Below the pieces are notes generated by a model. That model was not told the origin of the DNA. It ran no database searches and saw only the letters and a program-made list of their open reading frames with translations. A DNA stretch of 31,154 bases from an uncultured Bacillota bacterium (GTDB taxonomy: Bacteria; Bacillota; Clostridia; Oscillospirales; Oscillospiraceae): NCBI GenBank assembly GCA_947073765.1, contig CAMTMZ010000033.1, positions 1-31,154 of the forward strand. The letters run 5' to 3'. The translations under genes were made by a program, and so were the position numbers. Positions 1 through 8,165 of the stretch are shown here, in pieces. Position 1 is the stretch's first letter; each line of letters opens with the position of its first letter.

Positions 1-158
1 CCCCCCCGGCGCAGTCCCCGCCCTGCCCGGCGCAGCCGCCGCTCCCCCCAGAATCCCTCCGGATCCGCCTCTGCCCGCAGCACCGGAATACCATAAAGCC
101 GCCCAGCGGCGGCCTTTCCCCGGCCCCCGGACGTTACAACCAGCTGTCCAAGCAACAC
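1..158 (-). CDS. hypothetical protein, N-terminal fragment running off the window edge
   Basis: The minus-strand frame is open from GTG at 158 (TTG at 155) to position 1. A GGGAGGAGGGGGG Shine-Dalgarno lies about 5 nt upstream. Third codon positions are G/C-rich like the neighbours. It is too short for the ORF track and I recognise no family. Confidence 0.25.
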   Translation of the reverse strand, partial: MLLGQLVVTSGGRGKAAAGRLYGIPVLRAEADPEGFWGERRLRRAGRGLRRG

Positions 159-233
159 AAATCCCCCCTCCTCCCACAGGGTATGCGGGAAGAATGGGGG
201 GATATGATTCACCTGCTGCCGTAGGAGGCCGTC

Positions 234-854
234 TCAGCCGTTCAAGAGACCCCGCAGCTCCCCTAGCAGCTCCATAGCTTTGAATTTGAGCACATAGCCC
301 TCGCCGCCGCCAGTCACCAGGGCTGCCTGTTCCGGAGTGAACAATCCAGCCTGCGCCGCCTGCTCCACCGTCTCGCTGGCCGCACCCAGACACAGGGGCG
401 GAAAGGCCACACACCACCAGTTTTGTCCTCTCCCCTCGCCGATGGTCACCCGCAGGGCGGTATATTTCCCGGCCGGGAGAGCAAAGCCCTCATATTCCTT
501 GGTGGGGAACCAGCTCTCCTCCAGCTGGGCGGTCACGGGGTAGTCATACCCTTTTTCCTCCACTACCGCCCGTCCGGCGGCAGCCAGGGCGCCCAAGTGA
601 CCCTCCAGGGCCGCCTGGGCCTGGGACAGGGTGGCGTTCTGAGGGTAGAGCCCCTCCGCCTGCTCCAGCACCCGGTCCCGCACCGCCAGCTTCAGCGCCT
701 GGTCCTCCTCACTGTCCGAGTTGGCGATCACGTGAAAGCGGATCACACAGTCCGCCAGCTCCTCCTGCTCCTGGCCCAGCCAGCTTCCCGCCACAACGGC
801 GATCAGAACGCCAAATATCAGCGCTGCCTCCCAGGTTTTCAGCTTTCGATCCAT
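234..854 (-). CDS. spoIIR: stage II sporulation protein R (SpoIIR)
   Basis: 206 aa with an N-terminal TM/signal anchor. It carries the hallmark motifs IRFHVIANSDSEEDQALKLAVRD and NWWCVAFPPLC. A GGAGG RBS precedes the ATG. Confidence 0.85.
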   Translation of the reverse strand: MDRKLKTWEAALIFGVLIAVVAGSWLGQEQEELADCVIRFHVIANSDSEEDQALKLAVRDRVLEQAEGLYPQNATLSQAQAALEGHLGALAAAGRAVVEEKGYDYPVTAQLEESWFPTKEYEGFALPAGKYTALRVTIGEGRGQNWWCVAFPPLCLGAASETVEQAAQAGLFTPEQAALVTGGGEGYVLKFKAMELLGELRGLLNG

Positions 855-872
855 GGTCCCTCCTTCGGCGGC

Positions 873-918
873 AAAAAACCGCCTATACCGTAAGATTTCT
901 TACAGTATAGGCGGTTTT
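873..918 (-). terminator. rho-independent terminator after ispE (bidirectional-looking)
   Basis: Long hairpin CCGCCTATAC-c-GTAAG-attt-CTTAC-a-GTATAGGCGG. It is flanked by an A6 run on the plus strand (T6 on the minus strand after the stem) and by TTTT on the other side. Confidence 0.7.
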
Positions 919-926
919 CCTTCATC

Positions 927-1778
927 TTAAACGGTCTCGGTGAAAAAAACCTCGCCGCCGAAATCGTGCAGCCGCTCCCAGGCCTGCCGGGCACAGCTCT
1001 CGTCGTCAAACAGGCCAAAAGCGGTGGGCCCAGTGCCGCTCATACTGGCCCCCAGCGCCCCGCACTGAATCAGGGTGTTTTTAATGTCGTTCACCCGGGC
1101 CTGCTGCCGAGGAGGCAGAGCGTCCTCAAACACATTGTACATCCGCCGGGCCACCCCCGGCAGATCCCCCGCCTCCAGAGCGGCCACAGCTCCCTGGGTA
1201 TCCGGGCGGCAGCGCAGACGCACCCCGTCAATTCTTGCGAAGAGCGCCGGAGTGGAGATAGAAAACTCCGGTTTGCACAGCACTACCCAGCACCGGGGCA
1301 GAGGCGGCAGAGGGGTGAGCAATTCTCCCCTCCCCTCAGCCAGGGCGGTGCCGCCGATGACGCAGTAGGGTACGTCGGAGCCCACCTGCTCCCCAATCTT
1401 TGCCACCTCCATCGGGGACAGGGGCTCCCCCTCCATGGTGTTCAGCGCCCGGAGAACGGCGGCGGCGTCACTGCTCCCCCCGGCCATGCCGGCACAGACG
1501 GGAATACGCTTGTCAATGGCGATATCCAGCCCTTGGGGGGCCTGGCCCCGAGCCGCCCACCAGCGCAGAGCCGCCCGTACCGCTAAATTCTTCTCGTTAT
1601 TTGGAAGAAAATGGAGGTTAGTCCGCACCTGCGGCTGTGTTCCGCACGCCTGCTTCAACGTGAGCCTGTCGGCCAGCGCCACCGACTGCATGATCATCCG
1701 CAGATCATGGTAGCCGTCGGGGCGCTTGCCTATCACGTCCAGAGTCAGGTTCAGCTTTGCCTGCGCCTGTACCTCCAT
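927..1778 (-). CDS. ispE: 4-diphosphocytidyl-2-C-methyl-D-erythritol kinase
   Basis: 283 aa. The N-terminus AKLNLTLDVIGKRPDGYHDL and the GHMP-kinase motif IPVCAGMAGGSSDAAA identify it. A GGGAGGGG RBS is present. Confidence 0.9.
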   Translation of the reverse strand: MEVQAQAKLNLTLDVIGKRPDGYHDLRMIMQSVALADRLTLKQACGTQPQVRTNLHFLPNNEKNLAVRAALRWWAARGQAPQGLDIAIDKRIPVCAGMAGGSSDAAAVLRALNTMEGEPLSPMEVAKIGEQVGSDVPYCVIGGTALAEGRGELLTPLPPLPRCWVVLCKPEFSISTPALFARIDGVRLRCRPDTQGAVAALEAGDLPGVARRMYNVFEDALPPRQQARVNDIKNTLIQCGALGASMSGTGPTAFGLFDDESCARQAWERLHDFGGEVFFTETV

Positions 1779-1795
1779 GGCGGTCCCCTCCCTTT

Positions 1796-3067
1796 TTATT
1801 TCCTGATCTTCCGGGCCTCCAAATAAAACCGCTTGTCCTGAGCCCGGCCCACCGAGAAGGTCTTGCGGGGCAGAACGCCCTCCTGGGCAACAGCGTCAAA
1901 CAACTCCAGCCGGTCTGGCTCAGGCAGCAGAAAGGCCACCGCGTCCTCCCGCTCCTCCGCCAGCTTCACGGCTTCCTCCACCCCGTGTATGTAGTCCACC
2001 CGAGCCCTGGGATGGCCGGCTGCATAGCTGTCTAAAAAGCGCTGCAGGGTCTCCACCGCCAGATGGGCGGCGGGCCGCCTCACAGTGATTTCCCCCCGGC
2101 TCCAGCGGCTGATGACAAAGGAGAACACCTGTCCCTCCTCCCGGCCCCGGACGGCGGTGGGACAGCAGTCCATCAGGGCGTCCAGCAGTTCCTCCGGCTT
2201 CACTCCAAATACCACCCGGTGGATGGCCTCCAGCTCCACTGAGCCTCCGCCAAAGTCCACCAGCTCACACAGGGCGTAGCGGGAAGGCAGCTCTGACCAC
2301 TGCTCCGGACCAGTGAGGCCCTTGCGGCGCTCATAGCACTCCTTGGCGCAGGCCAGCGAGTGGTTGCCGTCTCCCACCACAAAGAGCAGGCCGTCCCGCT
2401 CCCTGTCCGCCCACGCCTTTCTGTCCCGGATGGCCCGGGCGATCCGCTCCATCTGCGCCGAGGTCAGCAGCCAGCCCTTGAGGTGGCCGCCCTCCTCCAT
2501 CAGGTCGAAATCGTAGAGCAGCTCCATCTCTCCGGTCTGTCCAGACAGGGGCTCGATCAGGGTTCTCTCCGGGTCGTCGGCCAGAAGAATGGCATGGGGC
2601 AGCTCGATGGGAGCGTTTTTCCGCACCGCCACCCGGGGCGGAATCCGAGACATGACCGTCCCCTCGGTGGCCCGGACAGCGGACCGGGAGCCGGGCTCGT
2701 AGTCGTAGGCCTCCAGATCCACCATGCCCACCAACCCCCGGCGGACTCTGCCCCCCTCTAGCGTGCGCTCCACATAGATCAGGGCGTTGGGGTACTCCTG
2801 GAAGCGGCCCTCACGCAGGTAGCGGCTCATGGTGTTGTTGATCTCCATAATGTCCGTCTCCACGCTGGGCCCCTCCAGACAGCTCTCGGGCAAAATCAGT
2901 CTCAGGGCGGAGGGGGCCCGGCCCACCCGGTTTTCCACCCGCTGCCAGTATTCCGGCTGCGCGGTGTACTGGTCGCAGGCGATCACCGACCACAGGGACA
3001 GGTCACAGTTTTGCGGCAGCAGAATGTCCGCCGGCCTGAAGGGCAAACCGTCAAATAGATCGTTCAT
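1796..3067 (-). CDS. DUF1015 domain-containing protein (function unknown)
   Basis: 423 aa. The N-terminal region WSVIACDQYTAQPEYWQRVE...PSALRLILPE and the overall length match what I recall of clostridial DUF1015 proteins. It starts 6 nt after the preceding gene, so the two are probably translationally coupled. Confidence 0.7.
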   Translation of the reverse strand: MNDLFDGLPFRPADILLPQNCDLSLWSVIACDQYTAQPEYWQRVENRVGRAPSALRLILPESCLEGPSVETDIMEINNTMSRYLREGRFQEYPNALIYVERTLEGGRVRRGLVGMVDLEAYDYEPGSRSAVRATEGTVMSRIPPRVAVRKNAPIELPHAILLADDPERTLIEPLSGQTGEMELLYDFDLMEEGGHLKGWLLTSAQMERIARAIRDRKAWADRERDGLLFVVGDGNHSLACAKECYERRKGLTGPEQWSELPSRYALCELVDFGGGSVELEAIHRVVFGVKPEELLDALMDCCPTAVRGREEGQVFSFVISRWSRGEITVRRPAAHLAVETLQRFLDSYAAGHPRARVDYIHGVEEAVKLAEEREDAVAFLLPEPDRLELFDAVAQEGVLPRKTFSVGRAQDKRFYLEARKIRK

Positions 3068-3073
3068 GTATCT

Positions 3074-3304
3074 TCACTCATTTTCATCTTGATATTGTAA
3101 CAGCTTATCCAGTTTTTCTTCCAAGCTGTTCATCCGGTTCATAATCTTCTGATAGGACGAAATAAAGACCGTGACAATACCCGCCAGCAGGAGGAAACCG
3201 ACCACAAGATAGGCCAGTTCTCCAATTATCAGCCCAAGCCAGATCAACAGCGCCTCAACGGGGATGGCACAGAGGAACATAATCAGCAGTACACGCCAGA
3301 ACAT
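3074..3304 (-). CDS. small membrane protein (2 TM helices plus a charged coiled-coil tail), unknown family
   Basis: 76 aa. AAAGGAG RBS 7 nt before the ATG. Two hydrophobic helices are followed by NSLEEKLDKLLQYQDENE. It is visibly more AT-rich than the flanking genes. Confidence 0.6.
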   Translation of the reverse strand: MFWRVLLIMFLCAIPVEALLIWLGLIIGELAYLVVGFLLLAGIVTVFISSYQKIMNRMNSLEEKLDKLLQYQDENE

Positions 3305-3325
3305 GGAAGCACTCCTTTCCGGGCG

Positions 3326-3928
3326 CTAGTCCAGCGCCCCCTCGATGGCGGCCAGCAGCTCGCCGAACTCCTCAAAGGCAGGCAGCTCCGGGTGGGCGGC
3401 CTTGATGGCCTGGGTTGACTTGAACAAAAACCCCGCTTTGCTGGCTTGAATCATAGCCAAATCGTTAAAGCTATCTCCGGCGGCGATGGTGTCGTAGCCC
3501 ATAGACTGCAGGGCCCTCACCGTAGTCAGCTTGGACTGCTGACAGCGCATTTTGTACCCGGTGATGGCCCCGTTCTCCCCCACCTCCAGGGTGTTGCAGA
3601 AGATAGTGGGCCAGTTCAGCTTCTCCATCAGGGGCTTGGCAAACTGCTCAAAGGTGTCGCTTAAAATGACCGCCTGGGTCTCAGACCGCAGCTTATCCAG
3701 GAACTCTCTGGCCCCAGGCAGGGGGTCGACCTTCGCGATCACGTCCTGAATCTCCCTCAGCCCCAGGCCGCGCTCCTTTAAAATCCCCAGCCGCCAGCTC
3801 ATCAGCTTGTCGTAGTCGGGCTCGTCCCGGGTGGTGCGGCGCAGCTCGGGAATCCCGCTCTCCTCCGCGAAGGCAATCCAGATCTCCGGGACCAGGACCC
3901 CCTCCATGTCCAGACATACAATGTTCAT
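3326..3928 (-). CDS. thrH: ThrH-type phosphoserine phosphatase / homoserine phosphotransferase (HAD family)
   Basis: MNIVCLDMEGVLVPEIWIAFAEESGI...VILSDTF...AAGDSFND closely parallels Pseudomonas ThrH (LDLEGVLVPEIWIAFAEKTGI). I moved the start to the ATG at 3928, which has a GGGAGAAG RBS. The 19 extra codons in the ORF track are Arg/Gly-rich junk. Confidence 0.85.
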   Translation of the reverse strand: MNIVCLDMEGVLVPEIWIAFAEESGIPELRRTTRDEPDYDKLMSWRLGILKERGLGLREIQDVIAKVDPLPGAREFLDKLRSETQAVILSDTFEQFAKPLMEKLNWPTIFCNTLEVGENGAITGYKMRCQQSKLTTVRALQSMGYDTIAAGDSFNDLAMIQASKAGFLFKSTQAIKAAHPELPAFEEFGELLAAIEGALD

Positions 3929-3984
3929 GCTCTTCTCCCTTTCTCTGCGGGTATGGGCGGGCGGCCGGCGGCCGCCCCCGCACA

Positions 3985-5172
3985 TTACCCCTCTCTTCCC
4001 TGTTTTCTTCTCAGGTTGGTGAGGAAGTTGTCCATACGGGCCACCGCCTCAGCGATATCCCGCATGGAGGCGGCATAGCAGGCCCGGACAAATCCCTCCC
4101 CCCCGGGGCCGAAGGCGGAGCCGGGGATGACGGCCACCTTCTCCTCCAAAAGGAAACGCTCACAGAACGCCTCACTGGTCAGCCCGGTGGAGCGGATATC
4201 CGGGAATACATAGAAGGCCCCCTTGGGCTCAAAGCACTGCAGGCCGATGCGGTTGAGATTCTCCACCAAATAGCGGCGGCGGCGGTCATACTCCTCCCGC
4301 ATGTGCTCGATGTCCCCGTCGCCGCCGCGCATGGCCTCCACGGCGGCGTACTGACTGGTGGTGGGGGCGGACATAATCCCAAACTGGTGCAGCTTGGTCA
4401 TGGCGGCCACAATGGGCTCGGGGGCACAGACGTAGCCCATACGCCAGCCCGTCATGGCATGACTCTTGGAGAAGCCGTTGACCACAATGGTGCGCTCATA
4501 CATATCGGTCAGGTTTGCCAGGGAGACGTGGCGGCGGCCGTAGGTCAGCTCGGCGTAAATCTCATCGGAGATGACCATGATGCCGGTGTCCTTCAGCACC
4601 TGGGCAATGGCCTCCAGGTCCTTGCGCTCCATGGTTCCCCCGGTGGGATTGGAGGGGAAGGGCAGCACCAGCACCTTGGTTTTATCGGTAATGGCGGCGC
4701 TCAGCTCCTCGGGGGTCAGGCGGAACTGGTTCTCCGCTTTCAGCTCCACATATCTGGGCACGCCGCCGGCCATTTCGGCCAGTGGCCCATAGCATACAAA
4801 AGAGGGGGTTGGAACAATCACCTCATCCCCCGGGTTGACCAGCACCCGGAGGGCCAGGTCGATGGCCTCACTGCCCCCCACGGTGACCAGAATCTGGCTG
4901 GCGTAGTCATACTGCAGATCAAACCGGCGGCTCAAGTAGGCGGAAATTTCCCGGCGCAGCTGAAGCATGCCGGCGTTGGAGGTGTATTTGGTGTGGCCCC
5001 GCTCCAGGGAGTAGATGCCCGCGTCCCGGATGTGCCAGGGGGTGACGAAATCGGGCTCCCCTATCCCCAAGGAGATGGCGTCGGTCATCTCCTCCAGGAT
5101 GTCAAAGAACTTTCGGATCCCGGAGGGCCTGATGTTCTGGATTTTCTCATTGAGGATGCTGTCGTAATTCAT
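3985..5172 (-). CDS. class I/II pyridoxal-phosphate aminotransferase (AlaT/AspB-like)
   Basis: 395 aa. Motifs seen: IRPSGIRKFFD, LGIGEPDF, SNPTG and FSKSHAMTGWRMGY (PLP lysine). Its ATG overlaps the stop of the upstream Lrp/AsnC gene (ATGA). Confidence 0.9.
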   Translation of the reverse strand: MNYDSILNEKIQNIRPSGIRKFFDILEEMTDAISLGIGEPDFVTPWHIRDAGIYSLERGHTKYTSNAGMLQLRREISAYLSRRFDLQYDYASQILVTVGGSEAIDLALRVLVNPGDEVIVPTPSFVCYGPLAEMAGGVPRYVELKAENQFRLTPEELSAAITDKTKVLVLPFPSNPTGGTMERKDLEAIAQVLKDTGIMVISDEIYAELTYGRRHVSLANLTDMYERTIVVNGFSKSHAMTGWRMGYVCAPEPIVAAMTKLHQFGIMSAPTTSQYAAVEAMRGGDGDIEHMREEYDRRRRYLVENLNRIGLQCFEPKGAFYVFPDIRSTGLTSEAFCERFLLEEKVAVIPGSAFGPGGEGFVRACYAASMRDIAEAVARMDNFLTNLRRKQGREG

Positions 5173-5648
5173 ACGAAAATGTACTCCCTTTCCTCCGGGT
5201 CCTGGGGACGGAACACCAGATGCTTCTCTTTATATTTTTTCAGGATGAAGTGGGTAGCCGTGCCGGTGACCCCCTGGATGGTGGACAGCCGCTCACTCAC
5301 AAACCGCGCCACCTCCCGCAGGGTACGGCCTGAGATGATAACAGTCAGGTCAAAGGAACCGCTCATCAGGTACATGCTCTCCACCTCGTCGTACTGGTAG
5401 ATGCGCTCGGCGATGCGGTCAAAGCCGTCGATGGACTGGGGGGTGACGTTGACCTCGATAAGAGCGGTTACATTTTCTCCGCGCACCCGGTCCCAGTCCA
5501 CAATGGCCTGGTACCCCAGGATGGTACGGTCGTCCTCATACTTCTTGACGGCGGATCTGGCCTCCTCCTCGCTCACCCCGGCGGCGGCGGCCAGCGCCGA
5601 CAGCGGCATGTTGCAGTCCTGCTCCAGCAGCTCCAGCAGCTTCTCCAT
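5169..5648 (-). CDS. Lrp/AsnC family transcriptional regulator
   Basis: 159 aa from MEKLLELLEQD. It has an HTH followed by an AsnC-type ligand domain (ALIEVNVTPQ...MYLMSGSFDLTVII). A GGAGGAG RBS is present. The longer ORF-track version overlaps the 3' end of the carboxyltransferase gene. Confidence 0.85.
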   Translation of the reverse strand: MEKLLELLEQDCNMPLSALAAAAGVSEEEARSAVKKYEDDRTILGYQAIVDWDRVRGENVTALIEVNVTPQSIDGFDRIAERIYQYDEVESMYLMSGSFDLTVIISGRTLREVARFVSERLSTIQGVTGTATHFILKKYKEKHLVFRPQDPEEREYIFV

Positions 5649-5690
5649 AATGCTCCTCCTAAATATGTGGTCAATATTTCGGTAGTTTAC

Positions 5691-5719
5691 ATTATACACG
5701 GTCCGGCAGCAAAAAACAA
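5691..5719 (-). promoter_or_regulatory. sigma-A-type promoter of the Lrp/AsnC-aminotransferase operon
   Basis: On the minus strand: TTGTTT, 17 nt, TATAAT, about 40 nt upstream of the ATG at 5648. Confidence 0.5.
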
Positions 5720-5742
5720 GCCCCCGGCGGGAGCCGGAGGCT
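5711..5742 (-). terminator. rho-independent terminator of the carboxyltransferase gene
   Basis: On the minus strand: AGCCTCCGGC-tccc-GCCGGGGGCT stem with one mismatch, followed by TTGTTTTTT. Confidence 0.7.
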
Positions 5743-5767
5743 TGAAATATCTGTGTATAAGCGGCTT

Positions 5768-7750
5768 TCAGCCCAGCGTAACCAACAGGTCGTCGGTATT
5801 GACGGCGGTACCCACGGCGGCGGCCACGGACTTGACGGTGCCGTCCACGGGGGCGGTGACCTCGATCTCCATCTTCATGGCCTCCAGAATGACCAGCACA
5901 TCGCCGGCCTTCACGGCCTGACCGGGCTTGCACTCCACCTTGAACACATTGCCGGGCATGGGGCTGTTCACAGCGGTCTCACCGGCGGCGGGGGCGGCAG
6001 CGGGAGCCGCCGCGGGGGCCGGGGCAGCAGCGGGAGCCGGAGCGGAAACAGCAGCGGGGGCCGGGGCGGCCATTACCGGGGCAGCTGCCACAGGAGCGGC
6101 GGCAGTGGGGGCGGGACCGTCAGCGGCGGCGACAGACACCGCGTAGGCCTTGCCGTCAATGGTGATGGTGTAGGTGCCGGGGCAGTTGTCCCGGGCGCTC
6201 ATCACCAGGTGGGGGGGCTGATAACTGGCGGCGAAAGGCTGAATGGGCCGGGCGGTTACCCCGTTGGACGCGGAGGCGGGCACATTGGCGTAATACACAT
6301 GGCCCTGCCACGCGGGCATGGGGGGCAGATCAGAGGCCTTGGGGGCAGCAGGGGACGCCGCGCCGGCAGCCTTCATGGGCGCGTCCTTCTTGGGGAAGCC
6401 AGCCTCCCGGTCTTTGAAGAAGGCCATGGCCACCTGGGGGAAGGCGATGTAGCTCAGCACATCCTCGTCACACTTGGCGGTGGCGCCCAGCTCCTTCTTT
6501 GTCTTGTCAAACTCGGGCTCCAGGCCGTCGGCAAAGCGGCCCTTCACCACGGGGGTGTCGCCCAAAATCTTCTTCTGGATCGCGGGATCAATCGGGGCGG
6601 GGGTGCGGCCGTACTCACCCCGGCAGTATGCCTTGATCTCCTTACCCACTACCTTATAGCGCTCACCGGCCAGCACGTTCTGCACGGCCTGAGAGCCCAC
6701 CATCTGGCTGGTGGGGGTAACCAGGGGAGGATAGCCCAGGTCAGCCCGGACCTTGGGAGTCTCGGCCAGGGCCTCATCCAGCTTGTCGATGGCGTTCATC
6801 ATCTTCAGCTGGGAAATCAGGTTGGACAGCATTCCGCCAGGGATCTGATAGTTGAGGCACTGCGTGTCGGTGGCCATAGAGATGGGGTCCAGGGTGCCGT
6901 CCTTGATGAAGTCGGCCCGAACGCCCTTAAAGAAGTCAGCCATCTTGATGAGCACCTTGTCGTCCAGGTCCACCTGATAGCCCAGAGAGCGCAGGGCGTA
7001 GGCCAGGGTCTCGGTGGCGGGCTGGGCGGTGCCGCCGGACATGGGGGAGATGGCGGTGTCGATCACGTCGGCACCCGCCTCAACGCCCTTCAGACAGGTC
7101 ATGAAGGCCAGGCCGGTGGTGCAGTGGGTGTGGATAACCAGGGGCAGCTCGGGCACGGCGTCCTTAATCGCCTTGCACAGGTCGGCGGACTCCTTGGGGC
7201 CCATAATGCCAGCCATGTCCTTGATGCAGATGGACTTGACGCCCATCTGCTTGAGCTCCTTCACCATCTGAACGTTCTTTTCCAGGGTGTGAACAGGGCT
7301 GGTGGTGAAACAGATGGTGCCGGAGGCGTGGCCCCCCTGCTTGACGGTCTCCTCAATGGCCACCTTCAGGTTGCGCACATCGTTGAGGGCGTCGAAAATG
7401 CGGATGATATCGATGCCATTTTTGATGGAATACTCCACAAACTTGCGCACCACGTCGTCAGGGTAGTGCTTATAGCCCAGAATATTCTGGCCGCGCAGCA
7501 ACATCTGCAGCTTGGTGTTGGGCATCTTGGCGCGAATCTTCCGCAGCCGGTCCCAGGGGTCCTCCTGCAGGTAGCGCAGGCAGACGTCGAAGGTGGCGCC
7601 GCCCCACACCTCAGCGGAGTAGTAGCCCGCCTTGTCAATGGTCTCCAGAATGGGCTCAAACTTGCTGTAGGGCAGACGGGTGGCGATGAGGGACTGGTTG
7701 GCGTCGCGCAGGACGGTTTCGGTAAAGCCTACTTTTCTAGTCTTGCTCAT
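5768..7750 (-). CDS. oxaloacetate decarboxylase alpha / pyruvate carboxylase subunit B family (carboxyltransferase 5S domain plus biotinyl domain)
   Basis: 660 aa from MSKTRKVGFTETVLRDANQS, with a GGAGG RBS. It has a TIM-barrel carboxyltransferase region, an Ala/Pro-rich linker, and a C-terminal biotinyl motif EAMKMEIEV. Confidence 0.85.
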   Translation of the reverse strand: MSKTRKVGFTETVLRDANQSLIATRLPYSKFEPILETIDKAGYYSAEVWGGATFDVCLRYLQEDPWDRLRKIRAKMPNTKLQMLLRGQNILGYKHYPDDVVRKFVEYSIKNGIDIIRIFDALNDVRNLKVAIEETVKQGGHASGTICFTTSPVHTLEKNVQMVKELKQMGVKSICIKDMAGIMGPKESADLCKAIKDAVPELPLVIHTHCTTGLAFMTCLKGVEAGADVIDTAISPMSGGTAQPATETLAYALRSLGYQVDLDDKVLIKMADFFKGVRADFIKDGTLDPISMATDTQCLNYQIPGGMLSNLISQLKMMNAIDKLDEALAETPKVRADLGYPPLVTPTSQMVGSQAVQNVLAGERYKVVGKEIKAYCRGEYGRTPAPIDPAIQKKILGDTPVVKGRFADGLEPEFDKTKKELGATAKCDEDVLSYIAFPQVAMAFFKDREAGFPKKDAPMKAAGAASPAAPKASDLPPMPAWQGHVYYANVPASASNGVTARPIQPFAASYQPPHLVMSARDNCPGTYTITIDGKAYAVSVAAADGPAPTAAAPVAAAPVMAAPAPAAVSAPAPAAAPAPAAAPAAAPAAGETAVNSPMPGNVFKVECKPGQAVKAGDVLVILEAMKMEIEVTAPVDGTVKSVAAAVGTAVNTDDLLVTLG

Positions 7751-7880
7751 ATTGTTTTCGACCTCCAAATTGCTCCCCGGAGCGTTTCCCTGCGCCGTAC
7801 ACCCCATGCCGGGGCCGCACAGCGGGTTTGTCGGGGAATAGTTTGCCCCTTGGGGCGGATGTTTTAGTCGCTTGTTCTAT

Positions 7881-7909
7881 ATTTTAGTATAATCTCCAAA
7901 AGAAAGCAA
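7881..7909 (-). promoter_or_regulatory. sigma-A-type promoter for the carboxyltransferase gene
   Basis: On the minus strand: TTGCTT, 17 nt, TAAAAT. Confidence 0.5.
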
Positions 7910-7956
7910 GTCCCCTGTGAGGAATATTCCTGCCTTTTTTCCGCTGTTTCTTGTGC

Positions 7957-7986
7957 AAAAAAACACCGCGGCCTCTCGCCGCGGTG
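7957..7986 (-). terminator. rho-independent terminator
   Basis: On the minus strand: CACCGCGGC-gagag-GCCGCGGTG followed by TTTTTTT. Confidence 0.7.
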
Positions 7987-8031
7987 CTGTGCTGCTTCTT
8001 TGACCGGCCTTATGGCCGGGGAGGGCGGCCG

Positions 8032-8160
8032 TCAGCGGTCGCTGCCGGTGTCGTCCTCATTGGCATTGTAAGCATCGTAGTTGAAAATCAGATCATCAAT
8101 GTCCTTATCCTCCCGGACCTTGGACCAGATGCTGTTCACATCCCGTTTGGGCATTGTCAT
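8032..8160 (-). CDS. possible 42-aa acidic protein, unknown family
   Basis: MTMPKRDVNSIWSKVREDKDIDDLIFNYDAYNANEDDTGSDR. A GAGAGGAG RBS lies 9 nt before this ATG, and a terminator follows. No homolog recognised. The upstream part of the 77-aa ORF in the track has no RBS. Confidence 0.35.
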   Translation of the reverse strand: MTMPKRDVNSIWSKVREDKDIDDLIFNYDAYNANEDDTGSDR

Positions 8161-8165
8161 AGTTG

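Noticed and set aside
2-224. Plus-strand frame open from the window start to a stop at 222-224 (Pro-rich translation).
   Set aside because: There is no family signal, and the composition is Pro/Ser/Gln low-complexity. The opposite-strand frame with a strong RBS at about 163-175 is a more plausible gene start. Both remain low confidence.
5990-6130. GC-rich repetitive DNA (GCAGCGGGAGCCG-like units) that might be taken for a repeat array.
   Set aside because: It is in-frame coding sequence for the Ala/Pro-rich linker of the biotinyl carboxyltransferase. There is no spacer/repeat periodicity, so it is not a CRISPR array or a mobile element.
5753-7867. 704-aa plus-strand ORF, plus similar long ORFs antisense to real genes: 4303-5400 (+), 10671-12764 (-), 13594-15078 (+), 18725-20164 (+), 21121-22209 (-), 23160-24047 (-) and 24084-25319 (-).
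   Set aside because: Each lies fully antisense to a gene with clear family motifs. The translations are low-complexity Gly/Arg/Pro/His-rich strings with no RBS. These are typical shadow ORFs of G+C-rich DNA.
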